From: Ostreococcus lucimarinus
Taxonomy: Eukaryota
Assembly: GCA_000092065.1 (NCBI GenBank)
Contig: CP000582.1
DNA: 64,000 nt
Reading direction: 5' to 3' (one strand)
Part shown: one piece after another, positions 25,834 to 36,829 of the stretch
Layout: each line of letters begins with the position of its first letter
Position numbering within the stretch: the stretch's first letter is position 1
Notes under the pieces: generated by a model
The model's database searches: none
What the model saw: only the letters and a program-made list of their open reading frames with translations
Told to the model about the DNA's origin: nothing
Position numbers and translations under genes: made by a program

Positions 25834-26670
25834 GTGAAGGTGATGAGCTCGAGTATGGTTGTGCCTTCAAGGGGATTGCGGGCGTCGTCATTTCGTATCC
25901 AGAGTGATAGGAGTACAATCAAACATGGCGCTGCGTTTATCACGAGACGCTCAACTAATACTCTCGCGCCATCTCTCACTTTCCTATATACGAATGCTGG
26001 TTCGCCAGTACGGGGGAGTGTGTGTTCAACAACATCAGAAACAATGCAATCAACAACACCAGAAACGATCGAAGAATTGCAATTATGTCAGGAGGAACTG
26101 TACTGCGTTCCTCAAGGGTCCAGTCGAATCATATTTTCCGCTCAAGATCCTTTTTCAGATAGAGTTGCTACTCGCGCCAATGCTCTTTCAGCCGTACCAG
26201 TTGGTGTGTCATTTTCTACTGCCTTCAGTGACCTAACTGGTAACCATGCGTTTATGTGCGCATTTTTAAGCTGGCTTGTCGCTCAAGTCGCGAAGATATT
26301 TACTGCATACTATCGTGAGGGTCGTTGGGATTACAGAGTAATGTTTGACAGTGGTGGCATGCCCAGTTCTCACACAGCTCTTGTCGTCGGTTTAACGACC
26401 TCTATCGCGCATCTGCATGGCTTAGGGAGTGTGCATTTCCCAATGTCATTAGCGTTCACGTTGATTGTTATGTACGACGCGGCTGGAGTGAGACGACACG
26501 CTGGGAAACAGGCTGAGGTACTGAACAAGATTCTTGCTGACACTTTTCATGGGTCGCCACTGAGCAATACCAAGCTCAAAGAAGTTTTGGGGCATAGTCC
26601 GTTGCAGGTAGTGTGTGGAGCTATCCTCGGTGTGCTCGTAGCGTCATTCTACATGCTGAAGTTCAGCTAA
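25834..26670 (+). CDS. DUF212-family protein (acid phosphatase / vanadium-dependent haloperoxidase-related), probably plastid-targeted.
   Basis: MFDSGGMPSSHTALVVGLTTSIAHLHGLGSVHFPMSLAFTLIVMYDAAGVRRHAGKQAEVLNKIL is the DUF212 core. The N-terminal ~60 aa are Ser/Thr/Arg-rich. Confidence 0.7.
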   Translation: MKVMSSSMVVPSRGLRASSFRIQSDRSTIKHGAAFITRRSTNTLAPSLTFLYTNAGSPVRGSVCSTTSETMQSTTPETIEELQLCQEELYCVPQGSSRIIFSAQDPFSDRVATRANALSAVPVGVSFSTAFSDLTGNHAFMCAFLSWLVAQVAKIFTAYYREGRWDYRVMFDSGGMPSSHTALVVGLTTSIAHLHGLGSVHFPMSLAFTLIVMYDAAGVRRHAGKQAEVLNKILADTFHGSPLSNTKLKEVLGHSPLQVVCGAILGVLVASFYMLKFS

Positions 26671-27016
26671 TAGCTATGCGGTGAATCGCATGCAACCCTC
26701 TCTAGACATTGCCTATTTTGCTTGTGACTTCGTATTGAGGTTTCGTAACAATATCGTGCACACGGTGCCAATGTTGATAGAAATTAGATGGTGATCAGGA
26801 TAGCCAAGTTCGTGAACCAAACTCATCGCCTCAACGCGCTTGTCTGAGAGTAGTCGCGGACGGAAAAGCTAGTCTATCTAACACAACTTGGCCCTTGCCC
26901 TCGCACATTTCCAACGTTTCTCTTATTTATGATTTTCTTTTTGATCGAAGGCGTAGTGATACTACAAAGAAGTTCGAATTATGAGATTATAGTAAGCCCT
27001 ACTCGCACTAAACTGT

Positions 27017-28099
27017 CTAGACGGGCTTCTGAACTAGACCAGCGGCACTATCCCACGCCGACGCGCTCATCACGTCCGCGATCGCGTTTGATTCGCGCTC
27101 AATAACTTTATCAACGATTCCGTATTCAATCGCGTCCTTAGCCGTCATGTACAACGGGCGTTGCATATCCTATTCGCAAGAAATTTTAATAATGAACGAA
27201 AATCATTGTAGCGAAAAGCTCACCTTATCTAACTTGGCCACTGAATGACCTGTTGTCTGACTGAGAATATCCAACAGAGACTTCTTCTGAGCAAGTGTTT
27301 CGCGCCACTTGATGTTTAGTTCGGTAGCCTGTCGCTCTCCAGTCGAAGGTACGCGAGGTTGGTGCAACATTGCTGTCGCATGAGGTGTCATGTACCTTTT
27401 ACCTTTATCACCTGCAGATAGAAGCATGCATGCTTGCCCTATTGCAACACCGGTACCAACTGTATAAATCTATATCTATGTGAGAAAAGTCGTTAAAAAC
27501 GAAATTAAGACCTCACCTCATTGCCAATATACTTCATCGTGTCGAAAATTGCGGTGGCTTCGGTTTCAAAACCGACAACCTCGCCATCGGCGCGGGTACA
27601 ACCAGTCGAGTTGATGTAGATGTAGCACGGCTTCTTTTGATCGGTGTATTGAAGATACAGGAGTTCTGACACAATGAGCTCAGTAACAGCAGGAACAAGC
27701 TATCAATAATGCGTAGTTAGTTTCCCAATTCAAGTTATTGAACATGTATCTCACCGGCATGCCTATGTAGACGATTCGGCTGTCCAGAAGCAAGGAGGGG
27801 AGGTCAGGTGGCGGTGTTTTTGGTTTGTGTTCACTATACGAGGTCCCCGGATTCGCGCTAGCCGGTGAGTTTGAAGCTTGTGGACTTGCATAAGCATTAC
27901 TGATGGCCGCCCCCGGTCTTCCGTGCGCGTGGATGGTCCGAGGGCGACGTCGCGACGTCGTCGTTACACGTTCAAGGTGCTGGGGAGCTGTTTTCGCTCC
28001 CACTCGCCTGTTGGCGGCAGATCGCAAGTGGTCTCCGTGCGCGACGCGGGCAGCACGCGCAGAGCAAGTGACAGATGAAACCACGTAAGTGGATTTCAT
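27017..28099 (-). CDS. clpP: ATP-dependent Clp protease proteolytic subunit ClpP with a long organellar presequence. 4 exons at 27755..28099, 27517..27699, 27224..27469 and 27017..27169.
   Basis: PPDLPSLLLDSRIVYIGMP; LVPAVTELIVSELLYLQYTDQKKPCYIYINSTG; GDKGKRYMTPHATAMLHQP; EAIEYGIVDKVI. A ~95-aa Arg/Ala/Ser-rich N-terminal extension precedes the catalytic domain. GTGAGA, GTGAGG and GTGAGC donors with consistent phase. Confidence 0.8.
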
Positions 28100-28352
28100 G
28101 CTTTACGCCTGTTCAATAGTGCTGGGCGCGCGTTTCGAGAGTATCGAACCAAGCAAAGAGAAAGAAACCTATGATAAGCCGATATTATTTTTTAGGTGTT
28201 TGTTCTTAGTGAAATGTATATATATCATATGATATCATGTCATGTCCCGTCGGATATATAAAGTACTAGGTAGAAAGCATATATTTCTGTAAGTACTTAC
28301 TCGCTCTGCGCAGGGCGCTCCAAAACGCCTGTAACGCGTTTACTCGCCGCAC

Positions 28353-28928
28353 ATGACGCGACCCTCGAACGACTATTGCGAACAGATTGTGCACGTCGAT
28401 GCCTTCGCGCAGCAAGTCAACGTGTGCCGTAGCGCGAATGTGGAACTAGTATCTTTAGGCTTACGACGGCAGGTTAGGGATACGACATACACACGCTCGG
28501 TATCAGGTGTTCGCAGCTCGCAGCTTATGTTGACGAAATCTTTCGTACCCGCGAAAGGCACGACGTTTGTCTATCAACGGGAAAATGTGATAAAAACTCC
28601 ATCTCTGACTGCTGGTCGATCGTCCAGCGACCATCCGATAATAGAATCACACACACTGAAGAGAACACCTGATGCTTATATCGAACAAATTATAGCTGTC
28701 ATCGATGCTCTGGTTCCTGGAGCACGTGAAAACACTCGAATCCCGTTATTACAACTTGGTGCCGATTCACTTACGCTCGCGGAAGCAAGTGTAAAAATTA
28801 ATACACTTACGGGGGTGTCGCTGTCGGTTTTTGACATGCTTGATTTCAAGACACTGGCAGGCATACTTGAGAACACGTTTTCAAGTTCGTGTCAATTAGG
28901 AAGTGTGACCTGCATTACCAGTGTGTAA
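28353..28928 (+). CDS. Stand-alone phosphopantetheine-binding carrier protein (ACP/PCP-like) with a ~110-aa N-terminal extension.
   Basis: DAYIEQIIAVIDALVPG...IPLLQLGADSLTLAEASVKINTLTGVSLSVFDMLDFKTLAGILE has the four-helix carrier-protein layout, with the LGxDSL motif carrying the Ser that is phosphopantetheinylated. Confidence 0.45.
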   Translation: MTRPSNDYCEQIVHVDAFAQQVNVCRSANVELVSLGLRRQVRDTTYTRSVSGVRSSQLMLTKSFVPAKGTTFVYQRENVIKTPSLTAGRSSSDHPIIESHTLKRTPDAYIEQIIAVIDALVPGARENTRIPLLQLGADSLTLAEASVKINTLTGVSLSVFDMLDFKTLAGILENTFSSSCQLGSVTCITSV

Positions 28929-30898
28929 ATTATCTAATCTAAGAGAGTTTTTTCCCAATCATCCCTGTAAGGATATCTAAACTATTACCATCTGGATGGA
29001 GTTCGAACGTGTTTCCCTGACGATCGACTGTTTACGCAGTAAGATTTGTGAGTTCTAGGTTGTTGTCACATTTCACCTGCAAACAGAAAACCTGCATCTG
29101 TGAGACCAGTGACAGTGACCGAAATCATCGCGCCCGAAGAATCTGAGTTAAAAATCGAAAGTTGTGCTTCATCGTGTAGCCAGTGAGCCGTGTATTCTGC
29201 CTACAAATACATAAGCAAGAGTCCTGGACATTCTACATTTCATACCCGTATGGCGCAGAAACCGTTTCTTTGCAATTTGTCATGTAGACTTTCAAAGTGA
29301 GCTAAACCGGGGTAAGCAAAGATATTTCCTCGTTTGGAGCGGACTGACCCAGAATTTTAGGAACGAGCGCCTCTCTCTTCAATTTCTACACAGTATGAGT
29401 AAACTCCCAAAGCATACGTTAGCAACGCACTACGCTGAACTTCTCAGTGGATGGTTCTTGAACACCCCCACGCTTTGTGCCATCAAAAGTCGAGAAGAAT
29501 AGAGCGTTCTCATTAATCAGGCTGTTAAGGCACACACTAGGCGACTAGCGACCGATAAGATATTCTTCTTTTTGTCGAAATAAAAGAAATAAAACTTACA
29601 GAGTTGTCAAGATTGAGGCCGATACCTATCACTACGCTGAAGGAATTTTCACGATAAATGGCTTTGCATAGAACACCACCAATCTACGTTCGAAGCTTAA
29701 AGTATATAGAAGAAGGTCTAAGTGTCCCTATACCTTGTTCAACTTATAATAAATATCATTTGGCCACTTGATCCGTATACCCAGCGACTTGTACTGTGAG
29801 CAACCAGCAGCAGTACAAGACTCCTCAATCGCCTAAGCGCAGCAGTGATCAAACAAGAAGGAATGTTCTGAGTGCACACAAACCTTAACGACCGCTAATG
29901 TCGATATGTACTGTAGAAGAGGGATTTCGGCAGCAGCCCTGTCGTTCCAAGTCACACACATAAATACTTTGATTTATTTGCACGCACAAACTAGTTTCAC
30001 ATGTAAAGGAAAACGTCAAGCAACCGTACGGTGACTGCCAGACATTTGTGCTGAATATGCGTGAGGATTCGGTACGATGAACGAACGGCGTCTAAATACC
30101 CTCGACCTTGGCCCGCAGTCTGCTCATCACTGACGCATACAGTCCCAGACGGGAAAGACTCAAACTCCCTGATTATCAAGTGAGAAAAAGCACAAAACTG
30201 TAAATTGAGACGCGCACTTGAGCAAAAAGTCGCTCGTGCTACCCAACTTTCCCGATCGCAGCAAAATAGCCCCAAGGTGTCGAGTTTGAAGCTTGGAAAA
30301 GAATTCTAACTCGTTGAAAGTGCCTGCTAGATTTGATGGGCTCTCGAGCACACGTACTCGACTACAAAAGCATGCGTTAACGAATATGTGATGTTTCGAA
30401 CACGCATATTTCAATACCTCGCGGCGATTGGCTTTTGACCAAGCCGCTCTTTCACCTTTGGGAGCATCTAAACGAAGTTCAACGATAAAGCGCGTGGCTT
30501 CGAAGAAATTGTACCGAAGGATTCCGAACGCACAGCTCCACCGCATGCATTGCAGATGTTCCATCAACCCTCATGTACTTCAGCGGGGTTCACACGCCAA
30601 TTCGCGTCGAATTGCGAACGCGTGACTCGGTCAGGTCGCGCGCCGGCGACACACAACTCAGCGGTGCGCAACTCGGCTAAATGTCGGTTTATACCCACTG
30701 AATTATGAGGATATAATATCATATACACACATACCGATGCCTATCTGTACATTGCATGATTTTTTCCATCCTCACACAAGACGCGGGCGTTCTCACGACG
30801 CACGCGGACACGAGCACTTGTTGTCACACGTCGCGCGGCAGCGGCTCCATCGATACGATTGCGCCACTACAGGCCTGTCGGGATCCGGTACAGCTGCC

Positions 30899-32967
30899 AT
30901 GAGCTCGCACGATTCTAGATACTTCTCCAGTCATAAGAAAGGTAACTGTGGGCAGGCTTCACTGAGAAGTGAAAAGTATTGAAGTGACAGTTCCCCCTCA
31001 GGCGAAATAGCAGAGTGGCGCCAAGACTTGAAAAGAAATGACAGAGATCTTTTAAAGACGACGGTAAAGAGAAGTACGATCATTTAATCTCTAACTTGAA
31101 CACCTATCAACTAAATATCGCAGTTATTGCTGCTATGACGGTCGGGAAGGACGTATGTTCACTGTTTCCAGACGTCATCAATTGCATGCAGACTGAAGAC
31201 ATAGAGTTGAAAAAGCTCATTTACTTATACTCGATCAATTACGCACGGTCTAACCCTGATCTTGCTATACTCGCGGTGAATACATTCGTAAAGGTAAAAA
31301 GACAAGTCGACATACTTTTCTAGCCTAAAATCTTTGATTATAGGACAGTCAAGATCCCAACCCGCTCATACGGGCTCTTGCTGTGCGGACGATGGGCTGT
31401 ATACGGGTTGACAGGATCGTAGAATATTTATGCGATCCATTGCATCTAGCATTACGGGTACGCACGTACTCGTTTCACGTATTTTCTGAAGTTGACGTCT
31501 TTCAGGACTCTGATCCATACGTCCGAAAAACTGCGGCCATATGCGTAGCGAAGTTATATAGCATAAATAGAGAGCTCGTTATCGACAGGTTTGTCTGCGA
31601 AAGACCGTCTGCTGTGATGACTTACGATGTTTGGACGTCTTAGAGGATTTCTACAGCAGTTAAACGGCTTGCTGCTTGATGACAACCCCATGGTAATGGC
31701 AAACTCCATTGCGGCACTTGTCGAAATTCAGAAAGGGAGCTGTGCGCAAATAATCGACTCAAGTCTGCTTTCTAGAGTTTTTACTTCACTCGAAGCGTGC
31801 ACTGAGTAAGATTACATGTCTATTCGTTTCAAATCACTTTGTTGATTCTTCGTTGTAGGTGGGGGAAAGTGACTATCCTTGACTGTTTGGCGGCGTATGA
31901 GAGTACAAGTGCTACGGAGGCCGAACACATACTTGAAAGTATCTTGCCAAAGCTTCAGCATGCCAACTATGCCGTAGTACTCGCATGCATACGAGTGATT
32001 CTCAGTAAGTTGCATCAAGTTCAGGTCTGTGTTGTTCTCAATCTTGGATTCCGATTGTTGACTTTGTTTTATAGCACTTGCGAGAGTCTTTACTACAACG
32101 AATTGTTCCTCCACTCATCACAATGTTGAACGCTGAACCTGAAATTCAGTATGTCGCGTTGACGAGTATAAGTGAAATCATGGATGCCTTTGTATTTCCG
32201 TTTTTGCACAGTTACAAGGTAAAATGTTCGATTAATGGTCAGTCTAGGAACTGATGTGTGTTTAGGCATTTTTCTGCAAATACAATGACCCGTCGTATGT
32301 GAAACATGAAAAGCTGAATATTCTCGTCAAAATTACGAATGAGAACAACGTTGGCGATATTTTACTCGAGCTCAAAGAATATTCTGGTGAAGTGGACATC
32401 GAGTTCGCACGAAAAGCCATTCGCTCGATCGGTATATGTGCTCTATCTGTGCCTGAATATTCACAGGGGTGCGTTAGTGCACTTATGTGCATTATTGACA
32501 CGAAAGTTAACTATGCCGTTCAAGAGGCGCTAGTTGTTTTAAAGGACATATTCCGGTGTTACCCAGATCGGTATGAGAGTGTGATATCGCGTTTATGTCA
32601 ATCACTCGTGAGTTTGGATGAACCAGAAGCAAAGAAGTCTTTCATTTGGATTCTTGGCGAGTACGCTGATCGCATCGAAAATGTTATCGATTTATTGCGA
32701 ACGTTTATTGATGGTGTCGATGATGAACCTGTCGTTGTACAGCTCCAATTACTTACATCGACAGTTAAGCTATTTCTTAAACGTCCGAGCGAAGAGTCAA
32801 AATCCCTCGTTCAGCAGATGTTGATGTTTGCTACCCATGAAAGTGAGCACCCTGATCTTCGGGATCGGGCATATGTATACTGGCGGCTTTTAAGCCATGG
32901 AGGCGATAAAGTGGCGAGTGTTGTCACCTCACACATGCCCGCCCCACAATGCAACCCTTCCTCGTAG
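30899..32967 (+). CDS. AP-complex beta-adaptin (AP-1/AP-2 beta large subunit), at least 10 exons. First exons at 30899..30941, 31002..31073 and 31124..31293. Last exon 32266..32967.
   Basis: [15 protein letters not shown]..., [87 protein letters not shown] and [16 protein letters not shown] are hallmark beta-adaptin trunk motifs. Middle exon boundaries are approximate. Confidence 0.75.
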
Positions 32968-33043
32968 TTGGCCTTTGTCAATACAAGCATGAAACTACTG
33001 TAGATCACATGATGGGGTATTCGCACACGCAGGTACTTTCGCA

Positions 33044-34498
33044 TCAAGTGACCGATATCAATAACTTGTTTTTTTTTCCAGCGGCAAGCAGTAGTAGCCT
33101 ACCGTCGACAATGTCTGCCATGCTCACGGTAGCTTCATCTGACAAGACTTTGATGTTGTTAAGTCGCAAACCTCCACCTTGAATCAACCGCTTGGTGGCG
33201 CCTTTGCTTGGCTGTAATCCTACGTCAACAGCCAGTTGGACTAGACTGATGCCTAACACCTGTTGCATAGGGAGTGTTGCGCTCGGTACGATACCTTCGA
33301 GAGCAGTCAACGCGGTCACATCTAAATCAGTGTCCGCCCCTGGTTTCAGCACAGAGGTAGCAGCCTGCGCTTCTTCCAACCCTTGCACTCCGTGAACAAA
33401 TCGCGTTACTTCCTCAGCGAGACGCCTTTGGACAGTGTTTACTATGTAGCTAGGCTGACTCATGTGACGTTCATACTCTAAAACTTCAGCCAACGGTACA
33501 AACGTCAGCATCTTCAGGAGTCGAATGACGTCAGCGTCATCTACGTTCAGGAAATATTGATAGAACTTGTAAGGTGACAATCTCGAAGTAGAAAGCCAAA
33601 TCGCGCCTTGCTCAGATTTTCCAAATTTTGTGCCATCTGACTTTAGTAGAAGTGGAAAGGTAAGCCCAGATACGTCAGCAGAAGGTTCAAGTCTGCGTAT
33701 AAGGTCGGTCCCAGCGGTGATATTCCCCCACTGGTCACTCCCACCGACTTGCACAGACACTTGTTGTGATCGGAGAAGATGAACGAAATCATAACCTTGC
33801 AAAAGCTGATATGCAAACTCGGTAAAGCTTATACCACTTTCACTTGAAAGTCGAGACTTGACACTATCTTTTGCAAGCATGGTCCCCAGGCGTGAATACT
33901 TCCCAACGTCCCGCAAGAAGTCCAAGAAACTCATGTCAGCATACCAATCGACGTTATTGACGACTATTAGCGACGTATCAGTGGAATTATCTGTCAATAT
34001 CTTTTGGATCGTGTTGGAAATAGCCTCAGCGTTCACAGCTATTGTAGTTTCGTCCAGTATAGGTCGCTCCGAAGACTTTCCAGAAGGATCGCCCACTCTA
34101 CCTGTCGCCCCGCCAATCAGAGCGACTGGTGTGTGTCCGTACTTCTCAAACCAGGATAGTACGACTATACCTAGCAAATTGCCAATGTGCAAGGAATCCG
34201 CAGTGGGGTCAAAACCACAGTAAACTCGTAAAGAACTCCCCTCCAACACTGACTCATTCGTGCACGCCTCGACGAGGCCACGTGCGTGGAGTTCGCCATA
34301 AACACTCGATTCGTACCTTTCATCGTCCGCAAACGCCCTCAATCGTGAATTCGGCAGCGAAGTAGCTCCGTGACCGCGGTCATTCGCTTGAGTCGTAAGT
34401 CTTCGTTGAGCAGAGCAAGTGCGGTGCGTCGAGAACGCTGAGCGAGCAAATACCGCGCGAAGCATGCCCGAGCCTCTATAAATATTCGAAAGAGCCAT
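33044..34498 (-). CDS. Tyrosyl-tRNA synthetase, bacterial-type (mitochondrial), with presequence.
   Basis: Class-I HIGH region YCGFDPTADSLHIGNLLG, KMSKS-equivalent KFGKSEQG, and a C-terminal S4-like domain. The probable start is the internal Met at 34498 (MALSNIYRGSGMLRAVFARSAFSTHR, an amphipathic Arg-rich presequence). The ORF extends upstream to 34675. Confidence 0.85.
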   Translation of the reverse strand: MALSNIYRGSGMLRAVFARSAFSTHRTCSAQRRLTTQANDRGHGATSLPNSRLRAFADDERYESSVYGELHARGLVEACTNESVLEGSSLRVYCGFDPTADSLHIGNLLGIVVLSWFEKYGHTPVALIGGATGRVGDPSGKSSERPILDETTIAVNAEAISNTIQKILTDNSTDTSLIVVNNVDWYADMSFLDFLRDVGKYSRLGTMLAKDSVKSRLSSESGISFTEFAYQLLQGYDFVHLLRSQQVSVQVGGSDQWGNITAGTDLIRRLEPSADVSGLTFPLLLKSDGTKFGKSEQGAIWLSTSRLSPYKFYQYFLNVDDADVIRLLKMLTFVPLAEVLEYERHMSQPSYIVNTVQRRLAEEVTRFVHGVQGLEEAQAATSVLKPGADTDLDVTALTALEGIVPSATLPMQQVLGISLVQLAVDVGLQPSKGATKRLIQGGGLRLNNIKVLSDEATVSMADIVDGRLLLLAAGKKNKLLISVT

Positions 34499-34810
34499 CG
34501 TCACCGATTTGTTGCAGTTGGGTGACAAACCAGCGTCGTCAGACCTCGCTCCGGACGAGGTTTGGCACTGAGCCACTTGATTCGTCACATAAATCGCAAG
34601 ATGTGGTAATTCTGGTGGTATAGACCACTGTAATACGGAATCCTCCACTCTAACATGCTGGTATATAGATACCACATTTACACTATATATACCGAAATAG
34701 CGAAATTGGAGGTCGCCCCTGTATACATGTCATGTGATAAAAGCCAAGTCTGAGCTCTCGTCGCGAGAGAAGTCGCCGCAACCACTCAGCACACCGAGAA
34801 AGTGGACAGA
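34499..34810. promoter_or_regulatory. Shared bidirectional promoter of about 310 bp between the divergent mitochondrial TyrRS (-) and mitochondrial PheRS (+) genes.
   Basis: The two inferred start codons (34498 on the minus strand, 34811 on the plus strand) face away from each other with no other ORF between them. Confidence 0.4.
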
Positions 34811-36123
34811 ATGCGTAGTATGTTAGCAAGACACTGTATTGTACGGGTAGCTGGCCATTTTTACGGACATAAGTCAACTCTAGGAACGTCGCAACGATCG
34901 TCCACGCGAGTTGTTCGAGGGCCGGGGGGGGCTGCGGCTGTTCGAAGAGAAGGTAAGTCGTACTGAGATTTTGTGAATCGAGTGCCAAGTTGATATGTAT
35001 TGCAGATGTGTTGATTGCATGTCCAGACAATAACGTGACGGAGTATATATTTGAGAAAATCGGAGTTGACTTGCACCGCCGTCCAGAGCACCCACTCGGT
35101 ATCTTGAAGAATGCTATCATGGACTATTTTGATGAAACGTATGGGAAAAACGCGTTTCGAATGTTCGATGATTTGCATCCTATTGTGTCGTCGTACGAAA
35201 ACTTCGATTCAGTTTTGGTACCGGAAGATCACGTATCAAGGTCAAAAAATGACACATACTATGTTACAGCAGATACTGTTTTGCGCTGCCACACGTCGGC
35301 CCATCAACTCAGTCTGTTGAAGCAGGGTGAGAAGCGCTTCCTGGTGACCGGTGATGTCTACAGACGAGATTCGATCGACGCGACGCATTTCCCTGTCTTT
35401 CATCAGATGGAAGGAGTTCGAGTGTTCACTCAAGATGAAATCGCTGGCAGCGAACTCACGGGCGAGGAACTTGCAAGTCAGGAATTAAAAAATATGCTAG
35501 AGGGTCTTGCGCGTCATCTATTTGGAGAAGTTGAAATGCGTTGGGTAGATGCTTACTTTCCATTCACTAATCCCTCGTACGAACTTGAAATTTACTTCAA
35601 TGGTGAGTGGTTGGAAGTTTTGGGGTGCGGTGTGATGGAAACTAAAATTCTGAACGAAGCATCCCTAGTAAATGAGCGCGCGTGGGCATTTGGTTTAGGA
35701 CTTGAACGTCTTGCTATGGTTTTATTCGACATCCCTGACATCCGACTGTTCTGGACTGATGATGCACGGTTCTTGAAACAGTTCAAGCCCGGGATGTTCC
35801 GAAGTGGAGGCGTCGGGATGCAAAAATTCAAAAGTTATTCAAAATACCCCCCTTGCTACAAAGACGTTTCTTTCTGGTTACCCGACGAATCGACATTCAC
35901 TGAAAACAACCTGTGTGAAATCGTGCGTGCAACTGCCGGCGATATAGTTGAGGAAGTGAAACTGATAGATGAGTTCCGCAATCCCAAAACAGACAAGGTT
36001 TCGAACTGTTTTAGAATTTCTTATCGCTCCATGGATCGATCCCTTACCGATGATGAAATTAACGAATTGCAGGAAACCGTGCGCGAATCTCTCGTTGAAA
36101 AACTTGGTGTGACTCTTCGATAG
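34811..36123 (+). CDS. Phenylalanyl-tRNA synthetase, mitochondrial monomeric type (FARS2-like). 2 exons at 34811..34952 and 35006..36123.
   Basis: FPFTNPSYELEIYFNGEWLEVLGCGVMETKILNE, GLGLERLAMVLFDIPDIRLFW and HTSAHQ are diagnostic. Exon 1 encodes MRSMLARHCIVRVAGHFYGHKSTLGTSQRSSTRVVRGPGGAAAVRRE, a mitochondrial-type presequence. GTAAGT donor and phase 1 are consistent. Confidence 0.8.
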
Positions 36124-36414
36124 TATGCGTAGACTTCTTCGTCACTTCGGACTTTCGTCTGGTGCGTCATCACGTATTTTAATATCAAATGACCCATATC
36201 AAGCATGATGAATCGACGTGTAAGCTAAAAGTTGGACACAATCGAGTCCCGGTCTGCCGTAGGACACATCTGCCTCACGCAGTGGTGCCATACGTGTTCT
36301 GTGGTTCGTAACGTGACGTCATCATCTGATCAGACACACTAAAATCTGACCGGTTACGCTGTAGTACAACTTGTACAGTCAGTCGTAGCTGCTTGTGATA
36401 GCTTTAGGGTAACG

Positions 36415-36701
36415 ATGTACCAGGAACCAAAATCAAGTGGCGGCGGCGGTGTGGCGTACAACTGTGGTGGTATGTATCTGTGTAATCGGCTTCATCCATG
36501 ATCTGACAGCGAAATACACCGGTAGATTGTGGCTCTGAGGTGCTCTTACGCCCGGGTGATGTTATAATCTGCCGAGAGTGTGGGTATCGCATCTTGTACA
36601 AAAAGAGGACGAAGCAAGGTATCGTGTCGTTAGTTCTACTCTATACTCGTAGTTTTTTTACAACCTTTTTACCCGCAGTCGTACAGTTTGAGGCACGATA
36701 A
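36415..36701 (+). CDS. RNA polymerase common subunit RPABC4 (RPB12 / ABC10-alpha), 3 exons at 36415..36466, 36526..36618 and 36679..36701 (55 aa).
   Basis: The spliced product ...[43 protein letters not shown] matches the C4 zinc-ribbon YxCxxCG...CRECGYRI(L/M)YKKRT of RPB12, with a terminal (V/L)VxFxAR. Confidence 0.6.
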
Positions 36702-36829
36702 GCTATGTCGGTCCACAAACCACACGGAGCACGTGTCACCTGGGCCAAAACCCACAAACCCTGCACAGTTTTAGCGCGTCCACGTCTTTCGAGTAGGACA
36801 CAACTGCGTCCTAAACACCACTGTATTAG

